Source of the DNA: Bacteroidota bacterium
GTDB taxonomy: Bacteria > Bacteroidota > Ignavibacteria > Kapaibacteriales > UBA2268
Reading direction: 5' to 3'
Length of the DNA: 64,000 nucleotides
Assembly (NCBI GenBank): GCA_048267165.1
Contig: JBLWYD010000001.1
Coordinates: 73 to 64,072 of the forward strand
Below the pieces are notes generated by a model. It searched no databases and was not told where the DNA came from. It saw only the letters and a list, made by a program, of their open reading frames with translations. A program made the position numbers and the translations under genes. Within the stretch, counting starts at the first letter, position 1. Each line of letters opens with the position of its first letter. This document shows, piece by piece, positions 55,557 to 64,000 of the stretch.

Positions 55557-57011
55557 TCATTCCTTCCAGAATGTACCTACATTTTCAGTTCTTATGAGAG
55601 AAGATTCCACTATCAGCAATGCAGTATTGAGCATAGCTCTATAGCGTAATTTCTGATAATTTATGTAGATGTTATTTGATAAACTATCTAGCTCATTGGT
55701 TATATAGTTTCGTAATTCATTCAGCGATGAATCTGTCCGAACTATACCGCATTTCTCCCACATCATAGCTCGGAGCGAGTCAATACTATTAACGTAATTG
55801 CTTCCATTTTCTAATGTATATTGACTTTGTTTTCGGGACTCTAGTATTTCCCAATCCGATTTAAGCAAATCAATAGTAAGCAGATATGGAACAGTTAGCG
55901 CTTCAGTTAGTGAGTTGGAGGCTAGTCTATTGGCACCGTGTAAACCAGTGTCAGCAGTCTCGCCAATAGCATATAAATTCTTGATATTTGTTTTGCCTTG
56001 TACATCGGTAGCTATTCCTCCGCACATATAGTGGGCTACGGGCTTTATGGGGATAGTTGTAGTACTTATGTCTATACCGAAAGATAGTAAACTACTTCGT
56101 ACATAAGCAAATTGGTTTAATACAGTCTCGGGTATTTCGGTACAATCAAGGTAGTAATCTTCCCCATATTGCATTCTTTCAAAAAGTAGTCGCGATAGTT
56201 TATCTCTTGTCAGTAGCTCTATACCATCAAGTTTTTGCCAAGAGTTATCTATTATCACAGCTCCTTCGCCCCTCAATGCTTCCGATATTAGCATCGTCTT
56301 TTTATCGCTTACGTAAGCCGTGGGGTGGAATTGGATGAACTCCATATTCGTAATTACTGCACCTATTTCTTCGGCAAGTGCTACACCACTACCTATGGAT
56401 TGCGATGAGTTACTAGTGTATTCGTATAGTGCACCAGCTCCACCAGTAGCTAATATTATTTTAGCGGCATAGATGGTTTTTACTTTATTCGTGAGGGTAT
56501 TATATACTTCTGCTCCTATGCAAGAGTATCCTTCTTTCAGCAGCTTAAAGCAGTAGCTATCTTGTAGTACTTTTACTCGCTTATTTGCATTCACTTTTTG
56601 TATTAGAAAATCGGAAATATGCTTACCCGAAGTATCCGAGTGATAGAGGATTCGCCTCTCAGAATGTCCGCCTTCCCGTCGCTTTAGTAGTTCGCCTTTA
56701 TCATCGAACTCAAAGTTTAGTCCTGCGTTTATAATACTACGAATTGATTTTTCGGCCTCGCTGAGTATTGTAGTAGTGCTTGATTGATTGTTAATTATTC
56801 CGCAACTAATTGTGTCAGCAATGTGTTTGCTTTTGTTAGTATCGTTGCCGAATTCTACGGCTATTCCGCCTTGTGCCAGATATGAGTTTGTGTGGGTAGT
56901 TGGCTGTTCCGAAAGAACTATTATATCTTTTTCAATCCCTAGTTCTGTCAAGTGATAGATTAGTGATAATGCGGCAATGCCATTGCCAATTATTAGAATG
57001 TCTGTATGCAT
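55557..57011 (-). CDS. nadB: L-aspartate oxidase
   Basis: DILIIGNGIAALS is an FAD dinucleotide fold motif within the succinate dehydrogenase/fumarate reductase flavoprotein family pattern. The start is taken at the ATG 2 nt after the nadA stop, not at the longer listed ORF. Confidence 0.88.
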   Translation of the reverse strand: MHTDILIIGNGIAALSLIYHLTELGIEKDIIVLSEQPTTHTNSYLAQGGIAVEFGNDTNKSKHIADTISCGIINNQSSTTTILSEAEKSIRSIINAGLNFEFDDKGELLKRREGGHSERRILYHSDTSGKHISDFLIQKVNANKRVKVLQDSYCFKLLKEGYSCIGAEVYNTLTNKVKTIYAAKIILATGGAGALYEYTSNSSQSIGSGVALAEEIGAVITNMEFIQFHPTAYVSDKKTMLISEALRGEGAVIIDNSWQKLDGIELLTRDKLSRLLFERMQYGEDYYLDCTEIPETVLNQFAYVRSSLLSFGIDISTTTIPIKPVAHYMCGGIATDVQGKTNIKNLYAIGETADTGLHGANRLASNSLTEALTVPYLLTIDLLKSDWEILESRKQSQYTLENGSNYVNSIDSLRAMMWEKCGIVRTDSSLNELRNYITNELDSLSNNIYINYQKLRYRAMLNTALLIVESSLIRTENVGTFWKE

Positions 57012-57013
57012 TC

Positions 57014-57940
57014 TTAGTTCATGTTTATCATTTTTTCTAAAGGTATAAGGGCTTTTCGGGCTAGTTCCGGCTCTACAATTATCTCGTGTTTCTCTTCTAC
57101 TATCGAAGTGTAGAGATTTTCTAGAGTAATAGTTTTCATAAATGCACATTCGCTACAAGCGCAAGTATTATTCTCATTAACGGGTGCTGGAATGAATGTT
57201 TTATTCGGAGCCACTAGCTTCATCTTGTCGAGTATCCCTACTTCCGTAGCTACTATAAACTTCTCTGATTTATCATTAACTACGAAGTTCAATAGTGCTG
57301 AGGTTGAGCCAATGAAATCGGCTACGTCCAATATTATTGGGTCTGATTCTGGATGTGCTATTATCTTAGCGTCCATATTCGCGAGTTTCAGATTTGTTAT
57401 TTTCTCCATTGAGAAAGCTTCGTGTACGGTGCATACGCCGTCCCATAATAGCATATTCCTATTAGTCACTTTGTTCAGGTAATGACCGAGGTTTCTATCG
57501 GGTGCGAATATAATTGGTCTTGATTTGGGAATACTTTCTATAACTTTTAGAGCATTGCTCGAAGTACATATATAATCGCTCATAGCTTTTATCTCTGAGC
57601 TTGTATTCACATAGCTTACTACCAGATGGTCGGGGTTTTGCTCTTTGAATTTGGCAAACTCGTCAGGTGGACAAGAGTCCGCTAGTGAGCAACCGGCTTC
57701 CAAACTAGGAAGCAATACTTTTCTTTCGGGGTTAAGGATTTTGGCAGTTTCAGCCATAAATTTAACACCGGCGAATACGATTATATCATGCTTAGTTTGC
57801 TGTGCTTTTCTTGCTAACTCCAAACTATCGCCCAAGAAGTGTGCTATTTCTTGGATTTCCTTTCGTTGATAGTAATGAGCCAGAAGAATCGCATTTTTTT
57901 GCTTCAAAGTGTGTCTTATTCTATCTTGGAGTGTTTGCAT
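57014..57940 (-). CDS. nadA: quinolinate synthase
   Basis: The NadA family pattern is present (ILAHYYQ, FMAETAKIL, CSLADS, YVNTS, HPE, C.C..C..MK). Confidence 0.92.
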   Translation of the reverse strand: MQTLQDRIRHTLKQKNAILLAHYYQRKEIQEIAHFLGDSLELARKAQQTKHDIIVFAGVKFMAETAKILNPERKVLLPSLEAGCSLADSCPPDEFAKFKEQNPDHLVVSYVNTSSEIKAMSDYICTSSNALKVIESIPKSRPIIFAPDRNLGHYLNKVTNRNMLLWDGVCTVHEAFSMEKITNLKLANMDAKIIAHPESDPIILDVADFIGSTSALLNFVVNDKSEKFIVATEVGILDKMKLVAPNKTFIPAPVNENNTCACSECAFMKTITLENLYTSIVEEKHEIIVEPELARKALIPLEKMINMN

Positions 57941-57985
57941 TCTTCACATTTCTATAATTGTATTGCCGATGTAAATAATCTTATA

Positions 57986-58687
57986 TTATACTAACTCTTC
58001 TTCCATCATTATAGATTTAGGGAACAATATATTATTTTCCAAATGAATATGTTGCTCTAAATCATCATTGAATTCTTTCAATTTGTAGTATGTAAGTTTG
58101 TACGTGTTACAAGCGTCTGCCGGAGGAGTATAGTCATTAGTTAGCTCACGAATTCTCATGAATCTATCGCCTTCTTGAGTATGCTCTGATTCCATCATCT
58201 CTATCGGATATTTCACAGATGCTTTCGGGTCCAATTCTTTTATTGTTCCAGCTTCCAAAGCCTTAATCAATGGGAATAATATGTTTTCTTCTTTTTTCAT
58301 GTGTGATTGCAGTTCATTCACAGATGCGTAGAACAAATCTCCAACTTCGTTTAGCTCAGGGTGTTTGTCGCCGTGAACTCTTATTACTTTGTCTAGTATT
58401 GGGTCTATGAACTCTGAACTTTCTCTAACATAAGTGTGGTGTTTCACAGCTATATAGTCAGCTAACTCAGTCAAGCACATTTTACCAAATTTGTCTTCTA
58501 TTGGTTCTTTACCAGCTAGATGTGCCTCTACTTGTGCCATTACTTCAGCTGGGTCTAAACCCTTCTTTGAACAAGCTCTTTCTAATGTAAGACCACCTGC
58601 ACAACAAAAATCAATGTTTAATTTTTTGAATACTTCCGCTGCACGGATGTCACCCGCAACGATTTCGCCTACTTTTGGATAAGTCAT
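57986..58687 (-). CDS. ric: iron-sulfur cluster repair di-iron protein (RIC/YtfE/ScdA family)
   Basis: An ScdA_N motif IDFCCAGG is followed by hemerythrin-like H...E/H patterns (HH.YVRE, EENILFP, HIHLENNILFP). Confidence 0.85.
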   Translation of the reverse strand: MTYPKVGEIVAGDIRAAEVFKKLNIDFCCAGGLTLERACSKKGLDPAEVMAQVEAHLAGKEPIEDKFGKMCLTELADYIAVKHHTYVRESSEFIDPILDKVIRVHGDKHPELNEVGDLFYASVNELQSHMKKEENILFPLIKALEAGTIKELDPKASVKYPIEMMESEHTQEGDRFMRIRELTNDYTPPADACNTYKLTYYKLKEFNDDLEQHIHLENNILFPKSIMMEEELV

Positions 58688-58843
58688 TTTTATAAACTCT
58701 CTTTAAATAATTCAATTTTGGAAATGCAATTTAGCAAATCTTTAGATATAAGACTATTTTATCCTTATTTATTGTAAACTTTTTTTACTTTTTTTTCACT
58801 TTATTATTTCCTATCTTTGAATTGACTCCAATCAAAGGAATTC

Positions 58844-60298
58844 ATGGAAGAAAATAACTCCCCCAAACGTGGACTATTACCAACGCTAGGACTATATACT
58901 ACTTTAGCCGTAGTTATAGGGGCAGTGATAGGTTCAGGTATTTTCAAAAAGCCAGCAGTAATGGCAGAAGTCACCGGCTCACCTGAGCTGATGCTCTTCG
59001 TATGGGTGTTAGCAGGTGTATTGACACTATTCGGGGCACTATCCAATGCAGAAGTAGCATCTATGATACCCGAAACGGGTGGACAATATGTTTACTTCGA
59101 TAAGATGTACGGTAAGTTCATTGCCTTTATGTACGGATGGGCATTGCTAGCAGTTATACAAACGGGCTCAATAGCTTCAATAGCTTATGTATTCGCAGAG
59201 TATTCCCAGGAGTTCTCGGCACTCATTCTCCCAAGATTTTCAACAGATATAGAACAAAGCGTCACTTTTACAATCCCTTTTATAGGCAAATTTTATCCCC
59301 TCGCTGATATAGGCGTGAAGGCGATAACGATTGGGGTTATACTCTTTCTCAGCTTTGTGAACTACTTAGGAGTGCGATTCGGTGGTCAAATATCGGTTAT
59401 CTTCACTGTAGCTAAAGTATTAGCAATCCTAGTATTAGTCGGTTTCGGCTTTGCATATAGCGATGGTTCTGTGGCTAATTTAACTACGGATGCGGTGAGT
59501 TTCTCATCCGATTCTAAGATTATGTTTGCAGGAATAGTAGGCGCACTTTCCGCTGCATTCTGGTCTTATGATGGATGGAACAATATAACCTACATAGCTG
59601 GTGAAGTTAAAAAACCAATGATAAATATTCCAAAATCTTTGATAATTGGTACACTAGTAATCATTGGGGTTTACCTACTGATTAACGTTGCTTTCCTATA
59701 CGTTATTCCTATCGAGCAAATGGCTGGTAGTAGCAGAATAGCAGCCGATGTAGCTAATGTAGCTATGGGGCCAATTGGGGCTATGTTTGTAGCTGCAGCA
59801 GTTATGGCATCCACTTTCGGTACAACTAATGGAACTATAATGGTTAGCTCTAGAGTTTACTATGCAATGTCTCAAAAAGGTCTTTTCTTCAAAAACATTG
59901 GCAAAAGCCATGACAAATTTTCAACTCCCGGTAATGCACTGATATTGCAGGCCGTATGGTCATGTATATTAGTAATGTCCGGAACATTCGATCAACTGAC
60001 GGATATGCTTATATTCGTAAGTTGGATTTTCTACGCTGGTGGTGCTTACGGAGTATTCATACTTCGTAAAAAAATGCCTGATACTCCAAGACCATACAAG
60101 GTGTGGGGTTACCCTTATGTACCTGCAATTTTCGTAATAGTGGCTACAATATATGTGATAGCTACCCTTTATACAGATATAGAAAGTTATATAAATGGCG
60201 ATTCGGAAATAATTCGTTCAGTATTTGGATTATTTTTATTATCTTTAGGTATTCCGTTTTATTTATATTTCAATAAGAAAAATTATTCTAACAACTAA
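58844..60298 (+). CDS. APC-family amino acid permease
   Basis: About 12 TM helices and a GSGIFKKPA motif. Confidence 0.85.
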   Translation: MEENNSPKRGLLPTLGLYTTLAVVIGAVIGSGIFKKPAVMAEVTGSPELMLFVWVLAGVLTLFGALSNAEVASMIPETGGQYVYFDKMYGKFIAFMYGWALLAVIQTGSIASIAYVFAEYSQEFSALILPRFSTDIEQSVTFTIPFIGKFYPLADIGVKAITIGVILFLSFVNYLGVRFGGQISVIFTVAKVLAILVLVGFGFAYSDGSVANLTTDAVSFSSDSKIMFAGIVGALSAAFWSYDGWNNITYIAGEVKKPMINIPKSLIIGTLVIIGVYLLINVAFLYVIPIEQMAGSSRIAADVANVAMGPIGAMFVAAAVMASTFGTTNGTIMVSSRVYYAMSQKGLFFKNIGKSHDKFSTPGNALILQAVWSCILVMSGTFDQLTDMLIFVSWIFYAGGAYGVFILRKKMPDTPRPYKVWGYPYVPAIFVIVATIYVIATLYTDIESYINGDSEIIRSVFGLFLLSLGIPFYLYFNKKNYSNN

Positions 60299-60310
60299 TT
60301 TGGAGGTCAA

Positions 60311-60946
60311 ATGGCGAACGAAATTTTGAACATACACTCAGAAACGCCAGAGATGAGAAAAGTGAAGATGGCAGCAGATGCTTTGAAAGATGGTGCGGTT
60401 ATTCTTTATCCAACAGATAGCGGGTTCAGCTTGGGCTGCGATCTATCCAACAAAGATGCAATAGACAAGATTAGATTAATACGAAGACTAGACAAAGACC
60501 ACCAACTTACATTTCTTTGCCGCGATTTGGCAAATATTTCTGAGTTCGCTCAGGTCAATAACGTAGCTTACAGAACTATCAAATCACTTATTCCTGGTCC
60601 ATATACATTCATACTTCCAGCTTCGAAGAAAGTACCGCACTTTGCTTACAATCCGAAGAGAAGTACTGCAGGTATCAGAGTGCCTAACAATCAATTAGTG
60701 CAATTGCTTCTGCAAGATGTAGGGAATCCTATATTAGCAATATCAGCTAAGTTAGAAGGAAATATAGCTCCAACTCCTGAAGAAATAATTGACTTTTTCG
60801 GAAAGCAAGTTGACTTAACTGTTACTTCTGACAATTATAATTTCGAAGGAGATTCATCTGTAATAGATATGACGCAAACTGACTTCGAGATAATCAGACG
60901 TGGCGCTGGCGCTGAAAAGCTAGAAGGTATGCTTTTCACAGAATAG
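60311..60946 (+). CDS. tsaC: L-threonylcarbamoyladenylate synthase (YrdC/TsaC family)
   Basis: ILYPTDSGFSLGCD, K..RLIRRLDKDHQLTFL and GPYTFIL are present. Confidence 0.85.
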   Translation: MANEILNIHSETPEMRKVKMAADALKDGAVILYPTDSGFSLGCDLSNKDAIDKIRLIRRLDKDHQLTFLCRDLANISEFAQVNNVAYRTIKSLIPGPYTFILPASKKVPHFAYNPKRSTAGIRVPNNQLVQLLLQDVGNPILAISAKLEGNIAPTPEEIIDFFGKQVDLTVTSDNYNFEGDSSVIDMTQTDFEIIRRGAGAEKLEGMLFTE

Positions 60947-60979
60947 ACAATTAATTGAAAAATACATTTTTTTAAAAGA

Positions 60980-61010
60980 AAGGTCGCAATTCATTTGCGG
61001 CCTTTTTTTT
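60980..61010 (+). terminator. Rho-independent terminator of tsaC
   Basis: A 10-bp stem AAGGTCGCAA / TTGCGGCCTT is followed by 8 T. Confidence 0.85.
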
Positions 61011-61015
61011 GTCCT

Positions 61016-61539
61016 GTAGAGACATATTGTTTACGTCTCAGAAACCCACGTCACTCTGAATGGGACGAAGTGGAGTGAAGAGTCTTTATTAATTTTTCCA
61101 ATTCACAGCAAGGACGATAAGACGTTTTTGCCTGTGTTGAGCGAACACGAAGTAAAGAATCCAGATAAAACATATTCAACTCCGCTGGAGTTGATTCCAA
61201 TTTCTAACTACAAAATTATGCTACTAATATTGAACTGCTCTGCAGTTCCTTGGATTCATTATTTTGGTGGAGGTGTGGTAAAATGCCTAAAGTGCTAGTA
61301 CTTCGAGAGTCTCAGTAACTGGCGGAGGTGGGCAAACGAAGATGAAATCATATAGCCACAGAGTGGCGAAATATCTGTTGCCATTCTAAAGTAAAAACAA
61401 CTCTAAAAGCCCCAGAGGGGCTACATATTATGGGCCTGTCAAGCCAAAGGCATGAACTAAAGTCCAAATAGGTTGAGTTGACTCTTTATCCGTTGGTTAA
61501 AACCAACGACAATACAAATTCATTAATTCCTGTCTCCTT
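61016..61539. repeat. ~520-bp non-coding mosaic of short hairpin repeats (families C, B-like, D, E and others)
   Basis: 61016-61039 belongs to family C (3 mismatches to 5619-5642). 61172-61253 belongs to family D. 61433-61458 is the GGGCCTGTCAAGCCAAAGGCATGA family E motif. Confidence 0.8.
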
Positions 61540-62385
61540 TTAGTCATTCTCAACTTTACGATAATGTAGTGTCTTGTAGCCTTCAGTACTTGAATACATA
61601 ATTAAAGTTTCCCCAATAAGGTGAACATAAGTCGAACTATTAAATATTGCCAAAAACTCATTCGAATATGGACAGGCCATTTCAGTAACGCTACCAGGTG
61701 TTATTGCTATCTTTACTTTGTCCAAATCATACTCACCGTCGAAGGAATTACAATTAGATACTCCTTTCAATGTACCATCTGCCATAAACTCAACTTCATA
61801 ATTCAAGAAATCACTTCTTGTTTCATCATCATCATAACCAAACTTGAAAGGTAACTCATATCCTTCTACAGCTGAGACATGAAATAGTTTCCACTTCGTA
61901 TTTATTAGGTTTTCTAATTTGAATTCAGTCTCCTTCACTCTTACAAATTCCAAACCAGTGAATTCATTATAATTAGAATTGAAGATCAAAGTATTTTCTG
62001 TAGCACTGTAAGTAGTCGAGTACCCTAAAATAGCCCAGAACTCCATAGTAAACGGACAATAAACTTCGGTCATACCACCATAGAAATCTAATTGAATATT
62101 ATTACCATCTACCTTGTATACATATTTGACTGCGTTGCAACCTGCCATCCCTCTAATCTCATTGTTGGTTGTAAAGTCAAGGTGGTAGCTATTGATTAAT
62201 ATACCCTCTTTAACTTTTACAATCTCATTTATGCTCTTTACAGTTCCATCTTTATAATGTACGTTTTTTAGTACCCAATGAGTACCTTCAAAATCGCTGA
62301 ATTGATTTTCAATTGGTTCCGTCGTTGACTTTTTACAAGAAGTAAATAAAGTCAAAAGTAGAACAGTTAATATTATCTTTTTCAT
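61540..62385 (-). CDS. lipoprotein with two META (HslJ-like) domains
   Basis: The lipobox is LFTSC. Two copies of W.L......DG......... GCN...G.Y........I......T...CP are present. Confidence 0.7.
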   Translation of the reverse strand: MKKIILTVLLLTLFTSCKKSTTEPIENQFSDFEGTHWVLKNVHYKDGTVKSINEIVKVKEGILINSYHLDFTTNNEIRGMAGCNAVKYVYKVDGNNIQLDFYGGMTEVYCPFTMEFWAILGYSTTYSATENTLIFNSNYNEFTGLEFVRVKETEFKLENLINTKWKLFHVSAVEGYELPFKFGYDDDETRSDFLNYEVEFMADGTLKGVSNCNSFDGEYDLDKVKIAITPGSVTEMACPYSNEFLAIFNSSTYVHLIGETLIMYSSTEGYKTLHYRKVEND

Positions 62386-62390
62386 TTTTA

Positions 62391-63848
62391 TTACCTAAAC
62401 TTTTTACCGAATTCTAATGCTTTGAATTCACCGAATGAAGAATTGATTATTAACTTATATCTATCTGCACTGTATGTAGTTGAGCTACTTAGTATTCGGC
62501 TATATTCATCTGTGAATTTGCAAGCCACAAATGTTGTATTTCCCATAATAATATCTATATTATTCTTTTTTATTTGGTAAGTACCACCGAAAGCATTGCA
62601 CCCAGAAAAACCGTCTAATAGATTATCTTCCAGAAACTTTAGCTCGAAAGTATTGAAACTAGGGTTTGTATTATTGTTACCCAATATTCTATCTATAGGT
62701 ACTATATCACCATTATTATAATGAACATTATATAGAACCCATTCTGTACTTTCTAATTGGAATACTTCTGGTTCGTAAACTCGCTCGAATTCTAGCCCAG
62801 AGTATTCTTCGTATTCCGAGTTAAGAATCAGAGTGTTCTCTGTTGCTTTGAAGGAAGTAGATTTATTTAAAATAGCCGTGAATTCACCTGTAAATGGACA
62901 GCCTACTTTAGTCATAAATATAGGATCAATTTTTATATTATTCCCATTTATATTGTATTTTGACGATAACGAATTACACCCCGAAAAACCTAAAAACTCA
63001 TTATCCGAATTGAATTGTATTGTATAACTATTAGCATAGCGTTCTACATTTCCAGCACTAGTTTCAGCACCAATTATTTTTTCTATACTCTCTATTCTTC
63101 CATCTTTATAGTAAACATTTTTCAATCGCCACTTAGTACCAACAAAATCCTTTAGTTCGTCTGTCGGCTTTTTCAAATCTCTTATCAAATCAAAACCATT
63201 CACATCACCAACCCAAGGGTTCATTGCATAATGTCTAACTAAACCGAACTTGCCACTATAGGCGTACAATAAACCAGCACCATCATAGGTAGTTGGAGTG
63301 AAATCGGAGTAAACTTCTAGTTTGTCATACTCTTTGCCTTTTACATTGTACTTGCTTACATACCCTGAATATGGTTCAGTACCATTATTTTCACCAATTC
63401 TCCAATCGGTATAAGGATATTCTTTTGCATTACCAAGTGAAAGCTCTAATGTATCGTTATGACCTATTAAATAGCTACTAACAGATCTATTAGTCGAAAG
63501 GACTACTTTATCAGCATCTTTGGATAGCGTGATAGTCCTCAATACTCTGTTATTAGCTTCTGTACCGAAGAACTCGCCAGATAACCGCTCAGTTATCTCG
63601 AAAGTAGTTCTATTTATTTGCTTCGTTATTTCCCAATGGATAGTATCTCTAGTATAAATTATTGGCTTAGGAGTAGTTTCCCAAAAGCCATCTGCATAGA
63701 AGTGAATGTAGCTGCTTTTTTGCCCTACTGCCGGAGATTCAAACTGTATGTATCCTGCATCTTCTTGTGGTTCACCTGGGCCTACATCTGGGTCTTTACA
63801 AGCAGCAAATATTATTACTGCCATCAATAAATAAATTATCTTTTTCAT
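62391..63848 (-). CDS. lipoprotein with an N-terminal unknown domain and two META domains
   Basis: The lipobox is IFAAC. GCNSLSSKYNINGNNIKI...TKVGCP and GCNAFGGTYQIKKNNIDI...TFVAC are present. Confidence 0.7.
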   Translation of the reverse strand: MKKIIYLLMAVIIFAACKDPDVGPGEPQEDAGYIQFESPAVGQKSSYIHFYADGFWETTPKPIIYTRDTIHWEITKQINRTTFEITERLSGEFFGTEANNRVLRTITLSKDADKVVLSTNRSVSSYLIGHNDTLELSLGNAKEYPYTDWRIGENNGTEPYSGYVSKYNVKGKEYDKLEVYSDFTPTTYDGAGLLYAYSGKFGLVRHYAMNPWVGDVNGFDLIRDLKKPTDELKDFVGTKWRLKNVYYKDGRIESIEKIIGAETSAGNVERYANSYTIQFNSDNEFLGFSGCNSLSSKYNINGNNIKIDPIFMTKVGCPFTGEFTAILNKSTSFKATENTLILNSEYEEYSGLEFERVYEPEVFQLESTEWVLYNVHYNNGDIVPIDRILGNNNTNPSFNTFELKFLEDNLLDGFSGCNAFGGTYQIKKNNIDIIMGNTTFVACKFTDEYSRILSSSTTYSADRYKLIINSSFGEFKALEFGKKFR

Positions 63849-64000
63849 TTTACTATTACCTCGAAATTTTTAGAAATAGGTATATTTGTTTTTAAAACTT
63901 TTATAAATATATAATTATCATAATTCGTTGCATCATTACTAGTGCTAGGTATTACAACTATTTTGCCTTTTATTCCCCAATCATCTCTTTTCAGATAATC
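63845..64000 (-). CDS. 3' end of an unidentified gene (partial, runs off the window)
   Basis: An open frame of 51 codons (..DYLKRDDWGIKGKIVVIPSTSNDATNYDNYIFIKVLKTNIPISKNFEVIVK) ends in a TGA that overlaps the downstream ATG (ATGA). Confidence 0.45.
   Translation of the reverse strand, partial: DYLKRDDWGIKGKIVVIPSTSNDATNYDNYIFIKVLKTNIPISKNFEVIVK

Noticed and set aside
57012-57149. The nadB ORF has a 5' extension overlapping the nadA 3' end.
   Set aside because: The FAD-binding N-terminus (DILIIGNG) starts right after the ATG at 57011, and the extension lies inside nadA coding sequence.

Overview
This looks like a chromosomal segment from a moderate/low-GC member of the FCB group (Bacteroidota/Ignavibacteriota-like). 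Four large secreted proteins end in T9SS-type C-terminal sorting domains, which supports that placement. The core blocks are rsmI-dut-fmt-pfkA-nadK-lgt, dnaK plus two hsp20 genes, icd, folC, hmgA, a DUF58 gene, tRNA-Pro, a DtxR/MntR regulator, ric-nadA-nadB, an APC permease and tsaC. Several accessory cassettes sit between them. (1) A nadV + nadM-Nudix NAD salvage cassette is bracketed by an identical 33-nt terminator repeat. (2) A restriction-modification island surrounds icd. It holds a Type IIG R-M enzyme with a separate beta-class methyltransferase, and a Type II endonuclease/C5-methyltransferase pair bracketed by 30-bp direct repeats. (3) An AT-rich, tightly coupled ParB-like + PRTase-like gene pair lies directly beside that island. 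I consider it the best candidate for an undescribed defence/TA-type system. (4) A six-gene orphan operon encodes an ACP, an AMP-ligase, an SDR and an AAC(3)-like acyltransferase. (5) A rearranged Mu-like prophage fragment carries DUF1320, a holin-like gene, a CHAP-like lysin, a tail-fibre-like gene and a short DUF935 portal. (6) A solitary MmeI-like Type IIG/IIL enzyme follows it. The intergenic regions are mosaics of at least five short hairpin-repeat families. tRNA-Pro sits at the end of a three-unit tandem array whose two distal tRNA copies have decayed. All functional calls come from motif recognition by eye, with no database search. GC statements rest on spot counts of a few 60-nt lines.
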